Positions 1 to 9,072 of a DNA stretch of 64,000 bases are shown piece by piece. Source of the stretch: Acidobacteriota bacterium. GTDB lineage: Bacteria; Acidobacteriota; Thermoanaerobaculia; Thermoanaerobaculales; Sulfomarinibacteraceae. The notes below the pieces were generated by a model. That model did not search any database. It was not told where the DNA came from and saw nothing but the letters and a program-made list of their open reading frames with translations. Position 1 is the stretch's first letter, and the number at the start of each line of letters is the position of its first letter. Position numbers and translations under genes: made by a program. The DNA is taken from contig JAJDNM010000029.1 in assembly GCA_022340665.1 (NCBI GenBank), positions 15,627 to 79,626 of the forward strand, read 5' to 3'.

Positions 1-2
1 TC

Positions 3-2036
3 GTAATTTTCTTCTTTCTCCGTGATTGGCGGACAACCCTGATACCGGTTGTCGTCATCCCGGTGTCGTTGATCGGGTCGTTCTTCGTCATGTACGTGGC
101 CGGGTTTTCACTCAACGTGCTGACTCTCCTGGCGATGGTGCTGGCGATAGGTCTGGTGGTGGACGACGCGATCGTCGTTGTGGAGGTCATTTACGCCAAG
201 ATCGAGGCCGGCCACGAGCCGTTCAGCGCCGGCGTCGAGGGCACCAAGGAGATCTTCTTCGCGGTGGTGGCGACGACCGTCGCGCTGGTTTCGGTGTTCA
301 TGCCTATCATGTTTCTCGGCGGCCTTGTCGGCCGGCTGTTTCGCGAGTTCGGGCTGACCCTCGCCGGAGCGGTCATCATTTCCTCGTTCGTCGCCCTGAC
401 GTTGACACCGATGCTGGCGACTCGCCTGCTCAAGAAACGCTCGCGTCAGCCCTGGCTCTACAGATCTACCGAACCGTTTTTCCGGGGCCTGGTCACCAAC
501 TACAGACATCGACTGACAGCCCTGCTCGATCGGCGCTGGTTGGCGATTCCGATCATCCTGTTGTGCTTGGGTGTATCAGCCCTGTTTCTCCAGATACTGC
601 CGCGCGAGCTGGCGCCGCTTGAAGATCGTTCCGAGATCAGCATCTCGGTTCGTGGCCCGGAAGGCGCCACCTTCGCCTATATGGACCGTTTCATGGACCG
701 GCTCGGCAACCTGATCGCCGAAGAGGTCCCGGAGGCTGACAACATCATCAGCATTACCTCGCCCGGTTTCGGCGCCTCCTCCGCGGTCAATTCCGGTTTC
801 GGCCGAATCCGCCTTGTAGAACCGGACGAACGCGAACGGACGCAGCAAGAGATCGCCGACGCCCTCGCAGTCCAGGTCGGGTACCTGACGGAGGCGCAGA
901 CCTACATTACACAGCCGCCGACGATCGCCGTTGGAAGGCGTCGGGGCCTGCCCGTCCAATTCGTGATCCAGGCGCCGAACATGGAGAAGCTACAAGAGGC
1001 CCTGCCTCCGTTCCTCGCCACTGCAGCAGCCGATCCGACCTTCACCTACGTCGACGTCAACCTCAAGTTCGACAAGCCGGAGCTCCGAGTCACGATCGAC
1101 AGAGAACGGGCACAGGACCTCGGCATCTCGGCGCTTCGCATCGCTCAGACCCTGCAGCTCGCTCTCAGCGAGCAGAGGCTCGGTTACTTCGTGATGGACG
1201 GCAAGCAGTACGAGGTCATCGGACAGGTGATGCGCGACGCCCGCGACGAGACGGTTGATCTCCGCAACCTGTACGTCACCACCGAGGGTGGGCCTCCGGT
1301 TCTGCTCGACAAGCTGGTGCGGATCGAGGAGACCAGCAGCCCGCCGCAGATCTACCGTTTCGACCGATACGAGTCTGCGACGGTGTCGGCCGCGCTGGCG
1401 CCCGGGGCGACAATTGGCGACGGAATCGATGCGATGGATCGCATCGCGGATGAGGTGCTTGACGAGACCTTCGCGACCACCCTCGCCGGTCAATCGAGAG
1501 ATTTCGCCGAGAGTGCCAGCAGCCTGCTCTTCGTATTCGTGTTGGCGCTGGTGTTGATCTACCTGGTCCTGGCCGCACAGTTCGAGAGCTTCCGCGACCC
1601 CATGATCATCATGTTCACCGTGCCGCTGGCGCTCGCCGGTGCCCTCTTCGCGCTCTGGTACTTCAACCAGACGATCAACATATTCAGCCAGATCGGGATG
1701 ATCATGTTGATCGGCCTGGTAACCAAGAACGGCATCCTGATCGTCGAGTTCGCCAACCAGCGCAAGGCGGCCGGCGTGCCCGTGACCGAGGCGATCATCG
1801 AAGGGGCGACGGCCCGCTTCCGGCCAGTACTGATGACCAGCTTTTCGACCGTGCTCGGCATTCTGCCGATTGCGCTCGGCCTCGGCGCCGGCGCGGAGAG
1901 CCGCATCCCGATGGGAGTCGCGGTGATCGGCGGACTGTTCGTCGGAACCTTGCTGACCCTGTTCGTCGTGCCGGCCATGATGTCTTTCCTGACGAGCAAG
2001 GCGGCCCGCGTACAACGCTTTGCCGGGGAGGAGTGA
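3..2036 (+). CDS. RND efflux transporter permease (AcrB/HAE1 family), 5'-truncated at window edge
   Basis: Open frame from nt 3 with no upstream stop. Translation FFLRDWRTTLIPVVVIPVSLIGSFFVMY... is typical of RND transmembrane/periplasmic domains. C-terminal TM bundle and stop at 2034-2036. Confidence 0.9.
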   Translation, partial: VIFFFLRDWRTTLIPVVVIPVSLIGSFFVMYVAGFSLNVLTLLAMVLAIGLVVDDAIVVVEVIYAKIEAGHEPFSAGVEGTKEIFFAVVATTVALVSVFMPIMFLGGLVGRLFREFGLTLAGAVIISSFVALTLTPMLATRLLKKRSRQPWLYRSTEPFFRGLVTNYRHRLTALLDRRWLAIPIILLCLGVSALFLQILPRELAPLEDRSEISISVRGPEGATFAYMDRFMDRLGNLIAEEVPEADNIISITSPGFGASSAVNSGFGRIRLVEPDERERTQQEIADALAVQVGYLTEAQTYITQPPTIAVGRRRGLPVQFVIQAPNMEKLQEALPPFLATAAADPTFTYVDVNLKFDKPELRVTIDRERAQDLGISALRIAQTLQLALSEQRLGYFVMDGKQYEVIGQVMRDARDETVDLRNLYVTTEGGPPVLLDKLVRIEETSSPPQIYRFDRYESATVSAALAPGATIGDGIDAMDRIADEVLDETFATTLAGQSRDFAESASSLLFVFVLALVLIYLVLAAQFESFRDPMIIMFTVPLALAGALFALWYFNQTINIFSQIGMIMLIGLVTKNGILIVEFANQRKAAGVPVTEAIIEGATARFRPVLMTSFSTVLGILPIALGLGAGAESRIPMGVAVIGGLFVGTLLTLFVVPAMMSFLTSKAARVQRFAGEE

Positions 2037-2115
2037 AGCCCTCCTCGGAAACTCGCCGACTCGCCTGAGGACTTTTCTGCCGAAGTCAGCACCGATACAA
2101 TCGGGCCAGGGATCC

Positions 2116-3171
2116 ATGGCGAGGCAAAGCAGTTTTTCGGTGAGGCGTGGAAGCGCCCGTGCCGGGGCGGCTCTGGCGCTCGCGGTGCTCATCTTCTCGA
2201 CCCTGCCCGCGTCGGCGGTGCAATCGCTTTTTGACAGCGAAGAATTCTTCGAGCTCACCATTCGCGGACCGCTGAATCGCCTCGTCCGCTCCGCGTCGGC
2301 CGGCACCGTGGTGCCAGGCCAGATGGAGCTGGGCGACGGGACGACGATTCCAATCGTCTTCTCCAAGTACGGACTCAGCCGGCTCGAGGAGTGCGACCTA
2401 CCCCTCCTCAAGATCGAGCCCGACGAGATGCAGGCTCGCGGCACCCCGTTTCAGGGCTTGCGCACCGTGCGGCTGGTGACGCCGTGTCACCACGGATCCG
2501 CCTGGGACAGGTTCATCCTGCTCGAGTACCTGGCCTACAGGAGCTACGCGGTGATCGAGGAACCGGCGTTGCGGGTGCGCCTGGTGGAGACGCACTTCCT
2601 CGATTCCGAAAGCGCGGCATCCGAGCAAACCAGCCTCTCCTTCTTCGTCGAGGACATCGGTGCAGTCGCCGAACGGTACCGGATGGAGTGGCTCGATATC
2701 GAGTCACAACCGGTCGACACCCTGGAACTCTCCCGGCTCGCGCGGTTCGCCCTCTTTCAGTACATGATCGGCAACACCGATTGGTCGGCAGTTGAGGGCC
2801 CCGTGGGCAGGCGCTGTTGCCACAACGTGGCCGTGCTCGGCTCTGACGCCGACCGCTTCAATACCCTGCTGCCGTTCGATTTCGACCACTCTGGTCTGGT
2901 GGACGCGCCGTACGCCCTGCCAGACGCGTCCCTGCCGATCCGGAGCGTCACCCAGAGGACGTACCGGGGATTCTGCGCGAGCAACGAGTTCCTTCCCGCC
3001 GCCATCACCTCCTTCAACGAGAAGAGATCCGAGCTCGAGAGGCTTTTCACCAACCAAGGGCTCCCGGACCCCAAGGTAAGGAAACGAGCTCTGAAGTACA
3101 TCGACTCGTTCTACGCCACGATCAACGACCCGCGAAAGCTCGAGCGCCGGATCATCGACAGGTGCAGGTGA
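2116..3171 (+). CDS. hypothetical secreted protein (N-terminal signal peptide)
   Basis: ORF 2020-3171 with internal ATG at 2116 (MARQSSFSVRRGSARAGAALALAVLIFSTLPASA, signal-peptide-like). Good GC3 codon bias. No recognisable family. Confidence 0.6.
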   Translation: MARQSSFSVRRGSARAGAALALAVLIFSTLPASAVQSLFDSEEFFELTIRGPLNRLVRSASAGTVVPGQMELGDGTTIPIVFSKYGLSRLEECDLPLLKIEPDEMQARGTPFQGLRTVRLVTPCHHGSAWDRFILLEYLAYRSYAVIEEPALRVRLVETHFLDSESAASEQTSLSFFVEDIGAVAERYRMEWLDIESQPVDTLELSRLARFALFQYMIGNTDWSAVEGPVGRRCCHNVAVLGSDADRFNTLLPFDFDHSGLVDAPYALPDASLPIRSVTQRTYRGFCASNEFLPAAITSFNEKRSELERLFTNQGLPDPKVRKRALKYIDSFYATINDPRKLERRIIDRCR

Positions 3172-3257
3172 GCCCCGGGTCGATTGACTTCACGTCAGGG
3201 CATGTCTACCGTGGAATTCAGCATTCTCAGGATGACCACAATGGATGGGACGAGCTC

Positions 3258-4283
3258 ATGAATCAGAATCGCCGTCTGGTTGTCGCCTTTAGGATCCTCT
3301 GCGTGACCTGCCTCGCCGCGGCAGCCGTGGCATCCGACGGCGCCGAGGCCGCCGTGACACCATCGACCGTCTACGTGTCGAGGATTCTGGAAGGCATGGT
3401 CGCGGTCATCGACGCGAACACCGATCAGCTGATCGCCTTCGTTCGGACGGGCTCGAATCCGGCCGAGATCGGCGTGGTGGCATCACTCAGCCGGGCCTTC
3501 GTGGCGGATCTGACCGACAGCACAGTGACGGTCATCGAAACGACTGGTCACGGCATCGACGACACCATCACCCTCGCCTCCCCTCCAGCGACTATCGGCG
3601 TGGACGAGGCGGCGCAACGGGTTTTCGCGCTGGATTTCAGCAACGGCGCCTGGGGTACCGACCTGCACGTGATCGATGCCGACTCGAAGTCCGAGATCGA
3701 CACCTTCATGGTCGGCACCCGGACCCAGAACATCGCCGTCTCCGCGGCTGACGACGTCGCCTACGTGACGGATTTCGAGGACGGCATCATCGAGGTCGAC
3801 ACCGGCACCGGGGCGGTTCTCCGGACGCTCGCCATGAGCAGCCTGCCGCACGGCATCGCGCTGAACGAATCAACCGACCGTCTCTATGTGACCCGCTTGG
3901 ACGCCGACGACGTGAAGATCATCGACACCGCAGCGACGGACCTCACCGTGATCGGCACGGTAGCGGTCGGCGAAATGCCTCAGTGGATCGCGCTCGACCT
4001 CCCGCGGGGCAAGGCCTTGGTCACCAACGAGGGCGACGACACCGTCTCGGTCTTCGATCTCGCCACTCACAACGTGCACCCGGCGGCCATCCCGGTCGGC
4101 GACGGCCCGCTCACTCTGACGATCCACGACGGGGCAGCAAGAGCCTATGTGTACAACGCCAACGACGGAACCATTTCGGTGATCGACACGGTGAGCGAGA
4201 CGGTCGTTGCCACCATCGACGTGCTGTTCGGCGATGGCTTCGAGCTGGGAAACACCGCACCGTGGTCAAGCAGGGTCCCCTGA
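3258..4283 (+). CDS. YVTN-family beta-propeller repeat protein, secreted
   Basis: Repeated ~40-aa units (VYVSRILEGMVAVIDANTDQLIAFVRTGSNPAEIGV / AFVADLTDSTVTVIE / LYVTRLDADDVKIIDTA / ALVTNEGDDTVSVFDL / AYVYNANDGTISVIDT) match the YVTN repeat. Signal-like N-terminus from ATG 3258. Confidence 0.8.
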   Translation: MNQNRRLVVAFRILCVTCLAAAAVASDGAEAAVTPSTVYVSRILEGMVAVIDANTDQLIAFVRTGSNPAEIGVVASLSRAFVADLTDSTVTVIETTGHGIDDTITLASPPATIGVDEAAQRVFALDFSNGAWGTDLHVIDADSKSEIDTFMVGTRTQNIAVSAADDVAYVTDFEDGIIEVDTGTGAVLRTLAMSSLPHGIALNESTDRLYVTRLDADDVKIIDTAATDLTVIGTVAVGEMPQWIALDLPRGKALVTNEGDDTVSVFDLATHNVHPAAIPVGDGPLTLTIHDGAARAYVYNANDGTISVIDTVSETVVATIDVLFGDGFELGNTAPWSSRVP

Positions 4284-4308
4284 GAGCACACAGTCCTTCC
4301 CTCAGGGG
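4277..4308. terminator. putative bidirectional hairpin (cccctgag...ctcagggg) between convergent genes
   Basis: 8-bp perfect inverted repeat with 16-nt loop overlapping the YVTN stop codon. No T-tract, so high-GC intrinsic-terminator-like only. Confidence 0.3.
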
Positions 4309-4496
4309 TCAAATTCAACCCGAGCTGGAACGCCATCCATCAACCTGAGCGAGTGAGCGGAACAGTTTTCATCACCGGTATTTCGACCGAGCGACATTCA
4401 GCATCGCCGCCCTCGTCATTTCGACCGAACGAACATCGTGAGCGAGCGGAGAAATCTATTGGCATCAAAGAAGCGCACCGGCGAAGAAACCACAGA

Positions 4497-6110
4497 TCAC
4501 GAGTCACCTTCCACCTTCGGACGTTTCAGTCGATAGAGATCCGGGGCGGCGAGCTGCTGCAAAACCCATCCGCTATCGGCAAGGCGGTTCAGCATATCGT
4601 CCGAGACTCTCCATACGAACACATTCTCGTACTCGCGCGGAATCACCGGCATCTCTGGCTCGACGACGATCTGAATGCCCGTCCGATCGCTCGCCGCGTG
4701 GGCGAAAGCCAACGACGTGAACATGCCCATTGGGTCGTCCATGCTGGTAACCACCAGCGGCGACGAGTAGCGATCGACCAATTTCGCAGTTGTGAGCAGG
4801 TCGCGCCCAGAGAATTTGTTCCACCAGGTCTCGGACTGCCGGTAGAAGCTGTTCGAATAGATGCCGCAGCCGAGCACGAACGCCGCCGTCACTGCGGCTC
4901 CGAGGCGAATTGCCCGTTGTTTGTTGGATAGAAGGTAAGCGATCGCGAACGCAGCGCAGAGCTCCAGCGCGAATGTCGTCGGCAGGTGGTACCGACTGAC
5001 CGCCGCCCGCCACCCTCCGGAAGACAGATCGACGACGATCATCGGCAGCCAGCACGAGAGGCCCAGGAGAACCACGAACAGGCGCGCCCGCTGCGGCGCA
5101 AATCTGATCAGCACGGCGACGCTCGCCAGCACGAACAGCAGTACGAAGACGATCAGCACCCGGGAGGAGAATCCCGCGTTCACGATGTTGTCCGGGAGAT
5201 CGACGAAGGTCCTGGCGATGGATCCGGCGACCCGTCGGAGCCAACCCCAGAACGGCACGTCGGTGGCGGCCCACACGACCCAGGGTCGATCCCTGGAATC
5301 GAGGAAGATCGACCACGCCCAACGCGAAAAGAGCAGGGAAACAAGCACGAGGGCAGCCGCGGTCAGCTTGACGACCGACGAAAGGCGGAACTTCTCGCTG
5401 ATGACAGCGAAGAGAAAATGCGCTGCCATAATAAACACTGTCAGCAGGTGGGTGATAAGGGTGAGGCCGAGAGCGCCGGTGTAGAGGATCCACCATAGCC
5501 ACGCCGGCCGGTCTCGTTCCCGCGTGCGTCGTGAGGCGACCAGCAGCAACCAACTCGAGAGGATCACGAGATCAACCCAGAGGATGTACTGCCTGGCCTC
5601 CTGGGCATACACGAAATGCAGCGGCGATACCGCGATCAGGCCGACGGTGATCCAACCCTCGAGGGATCGTCCGAAGAGCTCCCGGCTCAGGAGGAATACG
5701 AGCGGCAGGCCGAGGATGCCGAGAAATGCCGAGAATCCCCTCAGAATGGCCTCCGAGGAGCCGAGCATCTTCACCCAGGCTCGAGCGAGGACGAAATAGA
5801 GAGGCGTTTGTCTCGGGTCCTCCCACACCAGCACGTAGATCGTGTCGACGACCGACCGATCATCCCGGGGGAACTGGTGAACCAGTATCTCGTCCCTGGT
5901 GTGTACCTCGCCATCGAAAACATCCTCGATGATCTCACCCCAGAAACTGCCGGCGATTGCGCGGCCGGTGTGTGTTTCGTCCCACCAGACGACTTTCGAG
6001 CCCAATCCATCGAAGCGGATCCAGCAGCCGAAGGCGGCAAGCAGCAGGGCGACACCACGCACCCAGCGAAGCGTTCGCCGATTGGTGGCAGAGGGCGGAT
6101 CGACGATCAT
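4497..6110 (-). CDS. GT-C fold glycosyltransferase, ArnT/PMT-like (GT39/GT83 family), polytopic membrane protein
   Basis: 537 aa and highly hydrophobic. N-terminal region (WWDETHTG...PLYFVLARAWVKMLG...LFGRS...VSPLHFVYAQEARQYIL) follows the ArnT/PMT loop-1 pattern (DE...PPLyYW...lfG). Last gene of a coupled minus-strand cluster. Confidence 0.75.
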   Translation of the reverse strand: MIVDPPSATNRRTLRWVRGVALLLAAFGCWIRFDGLGSKVVWWDETHTGRAIAGSFWGEIIEDVFDGEVHTRDEILVHQFPRDDRSVVDTIYVLVWEDPRQTPLYFVLARAWVKMLGSSEAILRGFSAFLGILGLPLVFLLSRELFGRSLEGWITVGLIAVSPLHFVYAQEARQYILWVDLVILSSWLLLVASRRTRERDRPAWLWWILYTGALGLTLITHLLTVFIMAAHFLFAVISEKFRLSSVVKLTAAALVLVSLLFSRWAWSIFLDSRDRPWVVWAATDVPFWGWLRRVAGSIARTFVDLPDNIVNAGFSSRVLIVFVLLFVLASVAVLIRFAPQRARLFVVLLGLSCWLPMIVVDLSSGGWRAAVSRYHLPTTFALELCAAFAIAYLLSNKQRAIRLGAAVTAAFVLGCGIYSNSFYRQSETWWNKFSGRDLLTTAKLVDRYSSPLVVTSMDDPMGMFTSLAFAHAASDRTGIQIVVEPEMPVIPREYENVFVWRVSDDMLNRLADSGWVLQQLAAPDLYRLKRPKVEGDS

Positions 6111-6120
6111 GCCGGTCTCT

Positions 6121-7233
6121 TCAGCCTTTGCCGAAGAACTCTGCGATCCTGGTCGTCACCGCCCGCACCTGCTCCCGGGTGATGCCGACGAAAATCGGCA
6201 GAGAGAGGGAGGTCTCCGCCAACTCTTCCGCGATCGGAAAGCTGCCGCTGGCGAAGCCGAGGCCGGCGTAGGCTTGCTGGAGGTGCGGGGGCACCGGGTA
6301 GTGAACCATCGTCTCGATGCCATGCTGCTCGAGATGCTCCCGGAGCTCGTCGCGACGCCGTGTCCGCACCACGTACAGGTGGTAGACGTGGTCGAACCCG
6401 GGGCCGACGAATGGCGGGAGCAGTCCGTCCACGTCCTCGAGGTCTTCCCGGTACCACGCCGCAATCCGCCGCCGCTCCTCGATCCACCGCCCGATGTAAC
6501 GGAGCTTGATGCCAAGGATGCCGGCCTGAAGCTCGTCCAACCGCGAGTTGACGCCGATCAGATGGTGACGGTTCTTCTCGCCCGATCCGTAGTTGCCCAT
6601 CGATCGCACGTGTTCTGCCAGGGCCGGGTCGTCGGTCGTCACCGCACCGGCATCTCCCAGGGCACCGAGGTTTTTCGTCGGGTAGAAGCTTGTCGCGCTG
6701 ATGCGGCCGATGCTGCCGGTCGGCCTGCCGCTACAAACGGCTCCCTGCGCCTGCGCGTTGTCCTCGACCACGACGAACCGGTGCCGATCAGCGACCTCGG
6801 AAACGGCATTCATATCGCAGGGTTGGCCGTAGAGATGTACCGGGACAACGGCCCTGGTTCGGTCGGTGACGGCCTCCTCGATGCGTGTGGGGTCGATGTT
6901 GAAGGTCCGCGGATCGGGCTCCACCGGGATCACGACGGCGCCGGTGCGTGACACGGCCATCCAGGTCGCGATGTAGGTGTTCGAGGGTACGATGACTTCA
7001 TCACCCTCGCCAATCCCGAGCGCCTCGAGGGCCAGGTAGAGGGCGTCGAGGCCATTCGCCACTCCAACGCAGTATCGGGTTCCGCTCGAGCGGGCGTAGG
7101 CCTGTTCGAATTCCTCGACCCTCTCCCCCAGGACATACCTCCGCGAGTCGTAAAAGGATTTAAAGAAGGCGCTCACCTCCTCCTCCAGCTGATCGTGGAG
7201 AATATCCAGGGAGTGAAACGGGACCCGCATCAT
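6121..7233 (-). CDS. DegT/DnrJ/EryC1/StrS-family PLP-dependent sugar aminotransferase
   Basis: 370 aa. Motifs GDEVIVPSNTYIAT and SFYPTKNLGALGDAGA (PLP lysine). ATGA overlap with the upstream GT2 stop. Confidence 0.9.
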   Translation of the reverse strand: MMRVPFHSLDILHDQLEEEVSAFFKSFYDSRRYVLGERVEEFEQAYARSSGTRYCVGVANGLDALYLALEALGIGEGDEVIVPSNTYIATWMAVSRTGAVVIPVEPDPRTFNIDPTRIEEAVTDRTRAVVPVHLYGQPCDMNAVSEVADRHRFVVVEDNAQAQGAVCSGRPTGSIGRISATSFYPTKNLGALGDAGAVTTDDPALAEHVRSMGNYGSGEKNRHHLIGVNSRLDELQAGILGIKLRYIGRWIEERRRIAAWYREDLEDVDGLLPPFVGPGFDHVYHLYVVRTRRRDELREHLEQHGIETMVHYPVPPHLQQAYAGLGFASGSFPIAEELAETSLSLPIFVGITREQVRAVTTRIAEFFGKG

Positions 7234-8240
7234 GAACCGTCTGTTTTCACCGCGTCGTCGGGCTTCCTTTCGTCTTCCACCTCACGGATCACGAAACCGG
7301 GTCTTCCCTTGACCTCCTCGTGGATCCGCCAGATGTACTCGGCCACGATCCCGATGCTGAGGAGGATCAATCCGTTGAACATCATCATGACGATGATCGT
7401 CGTCGCCCAGCCGTGGGTCTGGAAACCGAAGAGGCTCGAATCGGCGAAGATCCTCGCCCAGGCGATGAGAACAACCAAGAAGAGACAGGAGACGAAGATG
7501 CCCAACCCGAGCACGGTGATCAGCCTCAGCGGGTAGGAGGACGATCCGAAGAAAGTCGCGGCCGCCATGCGAACTTTCTTGCGCAGGGTCCATCTCGATG
7601 GTCCGGGCGGAGCCGGCCTGTCGTATGCGAGGAAGACGGGTGAGAACCCGAGCCGCAGGACCTCGAGCACCGGCGTGGTGTTGATCGGGTGGATCTTCGA
7701 GTTGAGAATGTCCACCACCTCCCTGTCGGCCAGAAAGCGATCGGACCCCCCAGGTGGGAAGGCGACATCCGAAAACTGGTTCATGACGCCCCAGTAGAGG
7801 CTGGAGAAGAAATCGTTCAACCGGCCGTCGTCGCGAGACCGGCGGTGGGCCACGATGACCTTGTTGCCCTGCTCCCACGAACGGTACATTTCGACCACCA
7901 CATTCAAGGGGCATTGATGGTCGTCCGGCAGCGACGTCACACAAGCGCCACGGGCAACCGACAGGCCGGCGAACTGCGAGTACGGGCTGCTGTAGTTCCT
8001 GCTCAGCTGGAACGCGCGCAGGCGAGCGTCTTCCCGGGCGAGCTGACGGGCCAGATTGAAGGACCGGTCGGTAGAACCGTCATCCATGATGATGAGCTCG
8101 AACGGGATCTGCTCCGCTTCCATCGTCCGGACGACTTCGTCGACCGCGGGCCGCAGACGTTGCTCGCTTTGGAACGAGAGCAGGACGATGGACAACAACC
8201 CGGATTCATTCTCCGTGAGTTTCGATCGAGTGCCCGACAT
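7230..8240 (-). CDS. GT2 glycosyltransferase, polyprenyl-phosphate sugar synthase type (ArnC/GtrB/DPM1-like) with C-terminal TM helices
   Basis: Start ATG at 8240 with GGAGAG RBS. LSIVLLSFQSEQRL...ELIIMDDGSTDRS motif. Two C-terminal TM segments typical of ArnC/GtrB. The longer ORF upstream of 8240 overlaps the GtrA frame and is rejected. Confidence 0.85.
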   Translation of the reverse strand: MSGTRSKLTENESGLLSIVLLSFQSEQRLRPAVDEVVRTMEAEQIPFELIIMDDGSTDRSFNLARQLAREDARLRAFQLSRNYSSPYSQFAGLSVARGACVTSLPDDHQCPLNVVVEMYRSWEQGNKVIVAHRRSRDDGRLNDFFSSLYWGVMNQFSDVAFPPGGSDRFLADREVVDILNSKIHPINTTPVLEVLRLGFSPVFLAYDRPAPPGPSRWTLRKKVRMAAATFFGSSSYPLRLITVLGLGIFVSCLFLVVLIAWARIFADSSLFGFQTHGWATTIIVMMMFNGLILLSIGIVAEYIWRIHEEVKGRPGFVIREVEDERKPDDAVKTDGS

Positions 8241-8641
8241 CACACCTCTCTCCGTTTCAGGAAGGCTGACGAGAAACCGAAGTTCCACATCGCCGTGACC
8301 GGGAGCACCAGCAGCGGCAGGACCCAGTTCTCGAAGGGCAACACCGCCCGGTAGATCCTCAGCAGCACGACTCCGACGCCCATCGACGACAGGTAGACAC
8401 CGTAATACAGAATCATTCTCTTGACGGACAGTGCACTCTGAAATGTGAAAATGCTGTTCAGGAAGTACGACACATTGATCGCCAAGCAGTAGACGCACAC
8501 CCAGGTCACAATCAACGGGGTTCGGAAGAACTTGAGCAGCACGATGTTCGTGCCCGTCGCGATGCAGGTCACGACTGCCCCGACCACTGAAAAATGCGGA
8601 AGGCGCTTGAGCCTGGCCACGACTCCGGTTTCTTGTCGCAT
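8240..8641 (-). CDS. GtrA-family small membrane protein (polyprenyl-P-sugar flippase family)
   Basis: 133 aa with 4 predicted TM helices (LPHFSVVGAVVTCIATGTNIVLLKFF...). Start ATG 8641. TGATG overlaps with both neighbours. Confidence 0.75.
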   Translation of the reverse strand: MRQETGVVARLKRLPHFSVVGAVVTCIATGTNIVLLKFFRTPLIVTWVCVYCLAINVSYFLNSIFTFQSALSVKRMILYYGVYLSSMGVGVVLLRIYRAVLPFENWVLPLLVLPVTAMWNFGFSSAFLKRREV

Positions 8642-9072
8642 TACACCGGTTCCGACTGGCTTCGCAATGAACGGAACTCCTCGAGGCTCCGAATATAGTC
8701 GTTGGGCAGATATTCCTCTGATTCGAATGCGAGCTGCACCGCCCCTTCGGTGTACTTCATCGTGCGCCAGCACATTCGAGGTAGGAAAAGGCCGACCTCC
8801 GGCCGGTCGAGCAGAAAGTCTTCCAACCGGCCGGATACCATCTCGGTTGCGACCTCGATTCTCCCGCTCACCGCCAGCAGCAAGGTCTGGGTTTGGCGGT
8901 GTGCGTGGTGCCCTCGTGTCACGTCGGGAGGAGTGCCGCAGGTCCAGAATACCCGCCGCACGCGGAAGGGAATATCGTTCGTCAGCTCCGCCAGGGTGAG
9001 GACTCCAGTCGACGAGTTTCCGAACGAGGCGAACTCGATGAGACGGGGTGTTGTCGATTGGTTGACCGACAT
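8641..9072 (-). CDS. WxcM/FdtA-like cupin domain protein (dTDP-4-keto-6-deoxyhexose 3,4-ketoisomerase family)
   Basis: 143 aa. RVFWTCGTPPDVTRGHHAHRQTQTLLLAVSGRIEV matches the FdtA/QdtA cupin His motif. Start ATG 9072 overlapping the upstream stop (TGATG). Confidence 0.75.
   Translation of the reverse strand: MSVNQSTTPRLIEFASFGNSSTGVLTLAELTNDIPFRVRRVFWTCGTPPDVTRGHHAHRQTQTLLLAVSGRIEVATEMVSGRLEDFLLDRPEVGLFLPRMCWRTMKYTEGAVQLAFESEEYLPNDYIRSLEEFRSLRSQSEPV

Noticed and set aside
990-2444. 484-aa ORF on the minus strand
   Set aside because: Entirely antisense to the well-supported RND permease gene, with an Arg/Gly/Asp-rich low-complexity translation typical of spurious ORFs in high-GC DNA.
4573-5553. 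326-aa alternative-frame ORF on the minus strand
   Set aside because: Nested in a different frame inside the GT-C glycosyltransferase gene. Arg/Pro-rich with no membrane or domain features.
7230-8498. Upstream 86-codon extension of the GT2 ORF
   Set aside because: Overlaps the GtrA gene in another frame. ATG 8240 with a GGAGAG RBS and the TGATG coupling give the conventional GT2 N-terminus (MSGTRSKL...LSIVLLSF).
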